From positions 62,772 to 126,771 of the forward strand of contig CAWANG010000035.1 in assembly GCA_963783175.1 (NCBI GenBank): 64,000 nucleotides of DNA, written 5' to 3'. Positions 41,368-49,618 of the stretch are shown one piece after another. The notes below the pieces were generated by a model. It made no database searches, was not told the origin of the DNA, and worked only from the letters and a program-made list of their open reading frames with translations. This stretch comes from an uncultured Alphaproteobacteria bacterium. Its GTDB lineage: Bacteria > Pseudomonadota > Alphaproteobacteria > Rhizobiales > Beijerinckiaceae. The position numbers were made by a program, and so were the translations under genes. Numbering within the stretch: the first letter of the stretch is position 1; every line of letters starts with the position of its first letter.

Positions 41368-41571
41368 ATGCCCGATTCTCTGCCGAATATCGCCGACATC
41401 GACGAGCGCATCGCCATTCTAAAGGAAAATCTCCGCGAGCTGGTTGAGCAATCCGCCTCATATTCCGGCGCCGCGGACGAGGACCTCGTGTCGCGGCGCA
41501 TCGCCGAACAAGAGGCGGAGCTCGAGCTCTTGACGAAGCGTCGAGACGAGCTTTCTCAAACGCGCTCGTAG
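41368..41571 (+). CDS. Small hypothetical coiled-coil protein
   Basis: RBS GAGGAG; heptad-rich sequence IDERIAILKENLRELVEQ. Confidence 0.75.
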   Translation: MPDSLPNIADIDERIAILKENLRELVEQSASYSGAADEDLVSRRIAEQEAELELLTKRRDELSQTRS

Positions 41572-41593
41572 CTCTGCGGCTCTCGAGGCCCAC

Positions 41594-42049
41594 GTGGACA
41601 GTCGACGCCCGGCGCCCGGCGCCAAGATGGCGGCAGCTCTCACCGCGTCTTTGCTGAGCCCGAACCGGGTTCGCCGGGTCGGCGCTCTCCTTGTCGCCGC
41701 CGATGGGACGGAGATCGCGGCCTGCAACACGTTTCCGGCTGGCGTGCGCGACCTCGAGGAGCGCCATAAAGGCGACGGCCAATTCGTCTGGATGGAGCAT
41801 GCCGAGCGCCGCGCGATCTTTGAAGCGGCCCGGCGCGGCGTTGCGACGGCCGGCGCCCATCTCACCACGACCTTCTTCCCCTGCATCGATTGCGCGCGGG
41901 CGATCGTCGACGCCGGCGTCGCTTGCCTGGACGCGCCGGCCCCCGATTTCGACGATCCTGTCTGGGGCGCGTCGTTCGGGCGATCGCAGACGATCCTGGC
42001 CGAAGGCGGCGTGGAGATCCGCATTATCGCGGCGGCCGCTCGCTCATGA
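41594..42049 (+). CDS. dCMP deaminase / ComEB-like zinc deaminase
   Basis: HAE...PCIDC zinc motif; alternative start 41627. Confidence 0.85.
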   Translation: MDSRRPAPGAKMAAALTASLLSPNRVRRVGALLVAADGTEIAACNTFPAGVRDLEERHKGDGQFVWMEHAERRAIFEAARRGVATAGAHLTTTFFPCIDCARAIVDAGVACLDAPAPDFDDPVWGASFGRSQTILAEGGVEIRIIAAAARS

Positions 42050-42066
42050 GACCCAGCCGCGGGCGG

Positions 42067-42990
42067 TCACCCGATCTCCTGTAGTCGTCCCGTCTGGCGC
42101 ACAATGAGGCTCTCGACGTCGGCGATGTCGGCTGCGGAAAGGGTCGCGCCGGGCTTGCGCAGCGTGGGGGAAGCGATCGCGCCTCGCTTGGCGAGGATAT
42201 GTTTGCGCACCGCGAGGCCGATTCCCGGCTGTTGTTCGTAGCGGGCGAGCGGAAGATAGGCGTCGAACAGGTCGCGCCCCCGCTCGCGATCGCCGTCGCG
42301 AAACGCCTTCACCACGCCAATCATCATCTCAGGGTATGCGAAGCCGGTCATCGCGCCATCCGCCCCGCGCTGAAGCTCCTCCGGCAGGAACAGGCCGCCG
42401 TTGCCGGTCAGGATCGAAATGCGCCGCTCGCCTTGGTCGCTCGCCGCGCGCAAGGCCGCGATCTTGGCCAGGCCGGGCCAGTCCTCGTGCTTCAGCATCA
42501 CGCAAGTGGGGAGCGCCTCGACGATGCGGAGAATGACCTTGGGCGCAATCTGCACTTGGGTCGTGAGCGGATAATCCTGCAAGGCGAACGGCGTTGCGCC
42601 CAGCGCCTCGGCGACGCTGTCGAAATAGCTGAAGATCTGCTCGTCGGTGCGCAAATGGCCGGGCGGGGCGACCATGACGCCCGCGGCGCCCGCGTCCATC
42701 GCGCTCGCCGCGAGTGTCCGGATCGACGCCAGCCCCGGCGCCGACACGCCGACGATGGTCGGCGCGCCGCGCGCGCGGGCAATCGCGCGGCCGATGAAGG
42801 CGCGCGATTCCTCCTCGGTCAATTTCGGCGCTTCGCCCATCACGCCGAGGATGGTGAGGCCGTTCGCGCCGCGTTCGAGATAGAAATCGACCAAGCGATC
42901 GACGCTCTCGAGATCGAGCGCCCCGTTGTCGGAGAAGGGCGTCGCAGCGATGATGAAGACGCCGTTCGCGCTTTCGTCGAGCAAAGCCAT
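42067..42990 (-). CDS. Dihydrodipicolinate synthase-family lyase
   Basis: IAATPF, ILGVMGEAPKL, LQDYP, MLKHED; TGATG coupling to the ferredoxin stop. Confidence 0.88.
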   Translation of the reverse strand: MALLDESANGVFIIAATPFSDNGALDLESVDRLVDFYLERGANGLTILGVMGEAPKLTEEESRAFIGRAIARARGAPTIVGVSAPGLASIRTLAASAMDAGAAGVMVAPPGHLRTDEQIFSYFDSVAEALGATPFALQDYPLTTQVQIAPKVILRIVEALPTCVMLKHEDWPGLAKIAALRAASDQGERRISILTGNGGLFLPEELQRGADGAMTGFAYPEMMIGVVKAFRDGDRERGRDLFDAYLPLARYEQQPGIGLAVRKHILAKRGAIASPTLRKPGATLSAADIADVESLIVRQTGRLQEIG

Positions 42991-43358
42991 CAGCCAGTCC
43001 CCTTGCGGTCGCCCTCGTGTGGCGAGCCTCGACCCTGCCATTCGCGCATCGCGACCAGCGGATGGTCGAGCGCGCTGACGTGCGCCGAATCCGCGCCGCC
43101 GGGCGAGCCCCAGCCGGTGACCGCGGAGGCGGAAAATTCGGCGTTAGCGCGTTCGAACCCGCGCTCGTTTTCCGGCAGATCGGCGACGGCGAATATCGCG
43201 TCGACCGGACAGACGGACAGGCAAAGCCCGCAGTCGATGCACTCGTCGGGCTGGATATACATCATCCGCCCTCCCTCGTAGATGCACTCGACCGGACACG
43301 CCTCCTGGCAGGCGCCGTCCTTGACGGAGATGCAAGTAGAGGCGATCACATACGCCAT
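42990..43358 (-). CDS. Dicluster (7Fe-type) ferredoxin
   Basis: YVIASTCISVKDGACQEACPVECIY...ECIDCGLCLSVCPVDAIF and GSPGG...DHP tail. Confidence 0.88.
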   Translation of the reverse strand: MAYVIASTCISVKDGACQEACPVECIYEGGRMMYIQPDECIDCGLCLSVCPVDAIFAVADLPENERGFERANAEFSASAVTGWGSPGGADSAHVSALDHPLVAMREWQGRGSPHEGDRKGTG

Positions 43359-43376
43359 GTGCAACTGTCCGCCGCC

Positions 43377-44153
43377 TCAGCGCCCGCGCCATTGCGGCGC
43401 GCGCTTTTCCTTGAAGGCGCTGACTCCCTCCTCTTGATCTGACGATTGCAGCGCCTCGATCAGCGCCGGCAAGCGCAGCATCTGCGCCTCTCTCGCGGTG
43501 ACGCGCTCGCCGGCCCGCACCATCTGCTTGATCGCACGCACCGAAAGCGGCGCGCAGGCGAGGATGTCGGCAGTCCAGCGGGCGACCGCGTCATCGAGCG
43601 CTTCCGGCGCCACGACCTCGTTGACCAGGCCCAAGCGCAAGGCCTCGTCGGCGCCGATGCGCCGGCCAGTGAGCAGCATGCCCATCGCCTGGACATGGGG
43701 AATTCGGCGCGCGAGAAGCGCAATGCCGCCGTCGAGCGCGAGGCGCCCGACGCGCGGCTCGGGCAGGCCGAAGCTCGCATCGGCCGAGGCGACGACGATG
43801 TCGCAGCCGAGCATCATCTCCATGCCGCCGCCCAGGGCGTAGCCGTTGACGCGTGCGATCACCGGGACATCGAGTGTATCGCGCAGCGCAATACCGCCGA
43901 AACCGCCGGGTCGGGCTTGAGCCCAATAGTCGAGGCCGGTCGCGCCCGAGCCGCCCTTCATGTCCGCGCCGGCGCAGAACGCGCGCGCGCCGGCGCCGGT
44001 AAGCACGGCGACGCGGATATCGCGATCCCTCTCGATCGCCTCCCAGATCCGGATGAGCTCGGCCTCGGTCGCCTGATCGACGGCGTTATGCCGTTCCGGC
44101 CGGTTGATCGTCACCCGCGCCACGTGGTTATGAACCGAGAACAGCACGCTCAA
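43377..44153 (-). CDS. Enoyl-CoA hydratase/isomerase
   Basis: AFCAGADM, VNGYALGGGME, FGLPEPRVG. Confidence 0.92.
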   Translation of the reverse strand: MSVLFSVHNHVARVTINRPERHNAVDQATEAELIRIWEAIERDRDIRVAVLTGAGARAFCAGADMKGGSGATGLDYWAQARPGGFGGIALRDTLDVPVIARVNGYALGGGMEMMLGCDIVVASADASFGLPEPRVGRLALDGGIALLARRIPHVQAMGMLLTGRRIGADEALRLGLVNEVVAPEALDDAVARWTADILACAPLSVRAIKQMVRAGERVTAREAQMLRLPALIEALQSSDQEEGVSAFKEKRAPQWRGR

Positions 44154-45340
44154 GCGACGATTCCCGTGCGCTTCAAGGCTGCGATGCGCTCGGCCGAATA
44201 GCCGGCCTCGCTCAACACCGACTCGCCGTCTGCGCCGAGCGCGGGCGGGGCTCGGCGCAGCTGGAACGCGCCCTCGGCCATGGCGAGCGGCGTGCCGATC
44301 AGCGCCTGGGCGCCGGCCTCGCCGTTAAGCGTCACCACCGTTCCGTTCGCCTTGGTCTGGTCGTGGCCGAGCGCCTCGGCGAGAGTCAACACCGGGGCGC
44401 AGAGCAGGTCTCGTTCGTCGAGCCGCGCGAGCCAATATTCGGTGGTGTTCGAGGCGAAGCGCTCGCGAAACATCGCCTGCAATTCCGCCTTGTGAGCGAC
44501 CTGCCCGGCGAAGGTCGCGTAGCGCTGATCGGCGGAAAAATCGGGCAGTCCGAGCGCCGCGCAAATGTCCTGCAACGGGTTGGTCTTGAAGGCGCCGACC
44601 AGCACGATGGCGCCGTCGGTGGTCTCGAAGCCGCCGGTCAGCGGATACGAGCCCCAGGAAAAGTGCCGGCCGCGCTGCAGCCACATCGCCGCTTCCTGCA
44701 TCTGCATGGCGAGCATCGATTCGAACAGCGACACGGCGACCTGCTGGCCGCGGCCGGTCTTCTCGCGCTGCAGCAGCGCGAGCAGGATCGCCTGAACGAG
44801 ATGCATGCCCGCGGTATAGTCGCAAAGCGCCGTCGCATAGACGGCAAGCGGCTCGTCGTCGTTGCATTTGCGGCGCATCACGCCGGAGAGCGCCTGAGCC
44901 AGAATGTCCTGACCGCCCTTATAGGCGAGCGGCCCGCTCCGTCCGAAGCCGGAGCCGAAGGCGCAGATGATGCGCGGATTGATCCTGGCGAGATCGTCGT
45001 AGCCGAAACCCATGCGCTCCATCACGCCGGCGCGAAAATTGTTGACGACGACGTCGGCCCCGCGCACGAGGTCGTAAATGATCGCCTTGCCGTCATCCTT
45101 GCGCAGATCGAGGGCGATCGACCGCTTGTTGCGGTTGAGGCTGCGGAAAACCGGGTTGTCGAGGCCGTCCGGATCGTCGGGGATCGAGGAGCGCGACAGA
45201 TCGCCCGCCCCGGGCCGCTCGATCTTGATGACGTCGGCGCCGTAATCGGCCAGCACCTGGGTGGCGCTCGGTCCCAGCATCACCTGGGTGAAGTCGATGA
45301 CGCGCACACCGGACAGCGGCTGGATGACGGAAGAGTCCAT
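44150..45340 (-). CDS. CaiB/BaiF family III CoA-transferase
   Basis: DYGADVIKIE, LNRNKRS, VVNNFRAG, LCDYTAG. Confidence 0.92.
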   Translation of the reverse strand: MDSSVIQPLSGVRVIDFTQVMLGPSATQVLADYGADVIKIERPGAGDLSRSSIPDDPDGLDNPVFRSLNRNKRSIALDLRKDDGKAIIYDLVRGADVVVNNFRAGVMERMGFGYDDLARINPRIICAFGSGFGRSGPLAYKGGQDILAQALSGVMRRKCNDDEPLAVYATALCDYTAGMHLVQAILLALLQREKTGRGQQVAVSLFESMLAMQMQEAAMWLQRGRHFSWGSYPLTGGFETTDGAIVLVGAFKTNPLQDICAALGLPDFSADQRYATFAGQVAHKAELQAMFRERFASNTTEYWLARLDERDLLCAPVLTLAEALGHDQTKANGTVVTLNGEAGAQALIGTPLAMAEGAFQLRRAPPALGADGESVLSEAGYSAERIAALKRTGIVA

Positions 45341-45351
45341 GGCCCTCGATC

Positions 45352-46704
45352 CTATTCAGCCGCGATCGTGATCTGCGCGTTCGCCGCGGGGCGGTCGCCC
45401 GGATCGGCGCCGCGCGCGCGGAGCCGCGCCTGGAGCCTCACGACGTCGATCTTGTCGACAGGGACATTTTCCTCCAGCGCCAGCCCGGCGGCCACGCCGG
45501 CCGCCTCGCCCATCGCCATGCACGGAGGAATCTCGCGCGAGCTGCGCTGCGCCGACGGGGTCGCTGAATAATGGCGGCCGGCAACCAGCAACTGCCCGAC
45601 ATCGCGCGGCAGCAACGCGCGATAGGGGGTGTAGTAGTCGCGGCCGCGCGCGACGCTGTCGGGAAAATGCCGGCGCTGCATCACGTCGCCCTTGGTCATC
45701 ACGTAGACGCCGTCCAAGAGCCGTGTCTGGCGCACCCCGATCTGCGGCGCGACGTCGACGACGAAGGCCTTGTCGAAACCCGGCAGCTTTTCGCGGACGT
45801 AGGCGACCAGCGCCGCGATGCGTTCACGGCCCTGGAAGTCGGCTTTGGTCAGATCCTCGATGTCGATCCCGTCGAGGCCGGTCATATGCGGGCAGTTGCA
45901 CCACACGATGCCCTCGAGCGGCGTCTTGAGCCACCACTTGTCCCACGAGCCGCCGATGATCCTCTTGGCTTCGCGATCTATCGCGCGGAAAGCGCTCGGC
46001 TCTTCGTATTCGAATCGTTCGGCCGCGTCGGCATCGACTCCGCCAAGCCGGAAGACCGTAGTCACCATGTAGGAGCCGTGGGTGAACGGCGCGCCGGCCG
46101 AGGCGGCGACATCGAGGTCGCCCGTGGCGTCGACGACAATTCTGCCCATGATCGCCTGCCTGCCGCTCTTGGTCTCGCAGATGACGCCGGTGATACGGCC
46201 GTCCTCGACGATCGCGCGCGAAAACCAGCTGTGCAGCCTCACGTCGACTTTCGCTTCGCCGACCATGGCGTTGGATGCGCGCTTGAAGCCGTCGGGGTCG
46301 AAGGCGGCGGCGTAGCAGATCGGCTGGGGCTTGACGTGCGAATGAAAGTCGAACACGCCCCAGCGCGACCATTTGCGCCACAGCGCTTCGTCCGAGCGGC
46401 GCTCGGATTCGGGGGGCACGACGCAGAGCCCGATGCGCTCCATGCGCTCGACCATCTCGCTGCAGAGTCCGCGAACCGAGATTTCGGGACCGTTGCACAT
46501 GTCGTCGAGCACCAGCACCATGCCGCCCGAGGCAAGACCGCCGAGATAGGCGTAGCGTTCGAGAAGCGTGACGGAGAGGCCGCTGCGCGCGCCGGCGACT
46601 GCCGCCGCGATGCCCGCCGGCCCGCCGCCGACGACGACAAGGTCGGCGCGCCGCACGATCGGGACCTGGCCCGCCGGCTCGAGGATCGTGTCGCGATCGG
46701 TCAT
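45352..46704 (-). CDS. FAD-dependent oxidoreductase of uncharacterised family
   Basis: VVGGGPAGIAAA, ERYAYLGG, VDATGDLD, GVRQTR, CMAMGEAAG. Confidence 0.88.
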   Translation of the reverse strand: MTDRDTILEPAGQVPIVRRADLVVVGGGPAGIAAAVAGARSGLSVTLLERYAYLGGLASGGMVLVLDDMCNGPEISVRGLCSEMVERMERIGLCVVPPESERRSDEALWRKWSRWGVFDFHSHVKPQPICYAAAFDPDGFKRASNAMVGEAKVDVRLHSWFSRAIVEDGRITGVICETKSGRQAIMGRIVVDATGDLDVAASAGAPFTHGSYMVTTVFRLGGVDADAAERFEYEEPSAFRAIDREAKRIIGGSWDKWWLKTPLEGIVWCNCPHMTGLDGIDIEDLTKADFQGRERIAALVAYVREKLPGFDKAFVVDVAPQIGVRQTRLLDGVYVMTKGDVMQRRHFPDSVARGRDYYTPYRALLPRDVGQLLVAGRHYSATPSAQRSSREIPPCMAMGEAAGVAAGLALEENVPVDKIDVVRLQARLRARGADPGDRPAANAQITIAAE

Positions 46705-46741
46705 GGGCTTACTCCTTCAGGAACGGCAACTCGAGCTCTGA

Positions 46742-47590
46742 TCATCCGGACTGAGCGACATTCCATTTGAGGAAATGACTTTCGAGCCAGGAGATCACGC
46801 CGAAGAACGCCGCCGAGAAGGCGGAGCCGACGACGATGGTCGCGTAAAGCAGCGGCGAATCGAAATTGTAGGTCGCCTGAATGATGAGCGCGCCGATGCC
46901 GGTCGTCGCGCCGATCCATTCGCCGACGATCGCGCCGATCACCGAGGTCGCGGCGGCGATCTTGAGCGCCGCGAACAGATAGGGCAGCGAGCATTTGAGC
47001 CTGAGCTTGAAGAAGATTTCACTTGGGCTAGCCGAGAGGATGCGCATCAGCTCCATTTGCTGCGAGGTGACGGCGCGCAGGCCGCGCGTCATGTTGACCA
47101 GGGTCGGGAAGAAGCAGATCAGCGCGGCGATGGCGACCTTGGCGCTGAGTCCGTTGCCGAGCAAGAGCACCAGGATCGGCGCATAGGCCATGACCGGGAT
47201 GGTGTGAACCATCACCGCGATTGGAAAGAACGCCTCCTCGGCGGTGCGCTGATAGGCGAAGCAAGTGGCGATCACGATCGCGGTCGCATTGCCGATGATG
47301 AATCCGGCGATCGCTTCGGTCGCGGTAGGAACGAGATTGCCAATCAGGAGCCCGAATTTGGCGTAGAGCGTCGCGGCGACTGCGGTCGGCGCCGGGGCGA
47401 TGAACGGGCGGACGTGGAAGACGACGACGGCGAGCTCCCAGAGGACCAGGAGCAGGATCGCCGCTCCGACCGGCAACAGACGCCGCCGCCACGCCGCCGA
47501 ACGCGCCGCCGCGATATATTGGGCCCGCGCCGCTTCGTCGCTGACGTAGGTCTCGCCGGTTTCGGTTTGGGTCAGCGCCGGCGCGGTCAT
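46742..47590 (-). CDS. ABC transporter permease (SsuC/TauC/NitT type)
   Basis: Multiple TM helices, FFPTLVNMTRGLR, AIVGEWIG. Confidence 0.9.
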   Translation of the reverse strand: MTAPALTQTETGETYVSDEAARAQYIAAARSAAWRRRLLPVGAAILLLVLWELAVVVFHVRPFIAPAPTAVAATLYAKFGLLIGNLVPTATEAIAGFIIGNATAIVIATCFAYQRTAEEAFFPIAVMVHTIPVMAYAPILVLLLGNGLSAKVAIAALICFFPTLVNMTRGLRAVTSQQMELMRILSASPSEIFFKLRLKCSLPYLFAALKIAAATSVIGAIVGEWIGATTGIGALIIQATYNFDSPLLYATIVVGSAFSAAFFGVISWLESHFLKWNVAQSG

Positions 47591-48402
47591 CAGCACGTCT
47601 CCAGCACGCGGCGCAGATGCGCCGTGAGCTCGACAAACTCAGGCGTCTCGCGCTGTTCGACGCCACGCGGGGTGGGCAGCGGCACGTCAACAACCTCGCG
47701 CACGCGGCCCGGCCGCGCGGCCATCAGCAGCACCTGCTGCCCGAGGAAGGCCGCCTCGTAGATCGAATGAGTGACGAACAGAATCGTCGCGCCGGTGTTC
47801 TCCCACACCCGCAGCAGTTCGACGTTGAGCCGGTCGCGGGTGATTTCGTCGAGCGCGCCGAAAGGCTCGTCCATCAACAATAGCTTCGGGTCGTCGACGA
47901 GCGCGCGGGCGATCGCCACGCGCTGGCGCATGCCGCCCGACAATTCGTGCGGATAGGCCTTCTCGCGGCCCGAGAGGCCGACGAGCGCGAGCAGCTCGCG
48001 CGGACTGCGGCCGCCGCGACGCTTGGCGCCGCCGCCGACCTCGAGCGGCAATTCGACGTTTTCGAGCGCGGTCCGCCAGGCGAGCAGAGAAGCCTCCTGG
48101 AAGACGAAGCCGATGTTGCGCGCTTCACGCGCCGCCGAGGCCGAGGCTCCCATGACCTCGACTTCGCCGGACGTGGCCGGGACGAGATCCGACACCACTC
48201 TGAGCAGCGTCGATTTTCCGCAGCCGGACGGGCCAAGGAGGGTGAGGAAGCCTCCCTGCGCCACAGTCATGCTGACGCGGTCGAGCGCCGTGATCGCCCC
48301 CCGCTCTGTCGTGAAGCGCACCGTGACGTCGCGCAATCGAACGGCGGGGATGTCGGTCGGGGCTGGCGCCTCCGGCGCGCGCTTCAGGGCGGCCTGGGAC
48401 AA
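47590..48402 (-). CDS. ABC transporter ATP-binding subunit
   Basis: GPSGCGKST, LSGGMRQR, LLMDEPFGALD. Confidence 0.95.
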   Translation of the reverse strand: MSQAALKRAPEAPAPTDIPAVRLRDVTVRFTTERGAITALDRVSMTVAQGGFLTLLGPSGCGKSTLLRVVSDLVPATSGEVEVMGASASAAREARNIGFVFQEASLLAWRTALENVELPLEVGGGAKRRGGRSPRELLALVGLSGREKAYPHELSGGMRQRVAIARALVDDPKLLLMDEPFGALDEITRDRLNVELLRVWENTGATILFVTHSIYEAAFLGQQVLLMAARPGRVREVVDVPLPTPRGVEQRETPEFVELTAHLRRVLETC

Positions 48403-48414
48403 AGTCTCGTCTCC

Positions 48415-49452
48415 TCAGCCGATCTTCGGCCGGTCGTTTTCCGTCATCTCGAGGATCTTCGTCGTCATCACCTGGTCGAGTTTGGGCTTGCCGGCCGGGA
48501 ATTGCTTGAGCTCATCATATTGGTCGATCTGCGCCTCCCAGATCGCGGGATCGAAGCTGCCCCAGCCATGGTCCTTGGTGCGGGCGGTGAACTCCACGTT
48601 GAACATGATCGGCGCGGCGACGAGCTCGTCGGCGCGTACGAGATTGGGATATTCCTGCACCAGGAGATCGACCGCCTTCTCGGGGTTGGCCTTGGCGTAA
48701 GCCCAGCCGCGACCCGCCGCTCGCAGGAAGCCGGCGATGATGTCCGCCTTCTGGGTCAGCGTGTCGGTCGTCGCGTAATAAGGGAGCGCGTAGAGGCGGA
48801 CGCCACAGTCCCACAGGCGCAAGGCGATATAATCCGAACCGAGAACCTTGAGCGCGGTCGTGTTGGTGATCCAGCCGGTGACGGCGTCGACCTGGCCGGT
48901 CATCAGCGGCGTCATGTCCGAGCCGATGATCACCTTTTGCACCTGGTCCTCGGCGATCCCGTTCTTGCGCAGGAGCGCCGCAAGTAGAATTTGTCCGGTC
49001 GCCTGAACGCCGATCTTGCGCCCGATCATCTCTTTTGGCGTCCGGATCGGCACCCGCGGCAGCGAGAAGAACGCATAAGGGTGCTCTTGCGCTCCGACCG
49101 CAAAGCAGGTCACCGGAATGCCCTGCGAGGCGGCGAGCATAAGCGAGGGGCTCGACGACACCTGGCCGACTTCGTAGCGGCCGGAGGCGACGATGGCGAC
49201 GCCGTCGATGTTCGGACCTCCCGCCTGAATGGAGAAATTGATTTTCTCCTGCTCGAAATAGCCTAGGCGCTTGGCGACCACTTCGCCGAGCTGGTTCCCC
49301 CCGGTGATCCAGCCGAGTTGCATATTGACGGGCTCAAGGCCGGACTGGGCGAGGCCACGCGAACCGATCGTGAAAGGCGACGCGGCGCCGGCGATCGCTG
49401 CGGCGGCGCCCTTGAGCAGCTTTCGCCGTGTCGAAAGAAACCTCTTCGCCAT
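48415..49452 (-). CDS. ABC substrate-binding protein (NMT1/THI5/SsuA-like) with Tat signal
   Basis: STRRKLLKGAAAA twin-arginine motif; MQLGWITGGNQLG, QAGGPNID; start set to ATG 49452. Confidence 0.88.
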   Translation of the reverse strand: MAKRFLSTRRKLLKGAAAAIAGAASPFTIGSRGLAQSGLEPVNMQLGWITGGNQLGEVVAKRLGYFEQEKINFSIQAGGPNIDGVAIVASGRYEVGQVSSSPSLMLAASQGIPVTCFAVGAQEHPYAFFSLPRVPIRTPKEMIGRKIGVQATGQILLAALLRKNGIAEDQVQKVIIGSDMTPLMTGQVDAVTGWITNTTALKVLGSDYIALRLWDCGVRLYALPYYATTDTLTQKADIIAGFLRAAGRGWAYAKANPEKAVDLLVQEYPNLVRADELVAAPIMFNVEFTARTKDHGWGSFDPAIWEAQIDQYDELKQFPAGKPKLDQVMTTKILEMTENDRPKIG

Positions 49453-49618
49453 CGATCGGCCTCCCTGCGCCGCCACGCAGCCGGCAGAGCTCAATCCAAG
49501 CCGGGCGGCGCTCGGCTTTGAACCCCTATTGAATAGTGGAGGCCAGGCGCAGTTGGGAAGCGCAAAGATTCGGCCCTTCATTCCGCCGGCGGCGCCCCGT
49601 TTCTGGCCGCCGGTCCAG

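Noticed and set aside
49561-49576. Possible sigma-54 box (minus strand GGGCCGAATCTTTGCG) upstream of the ABC operon
   Set aside because: Spacing fits but the -24 element is a poor match, and such matches are frequent in GC-rich DNA.
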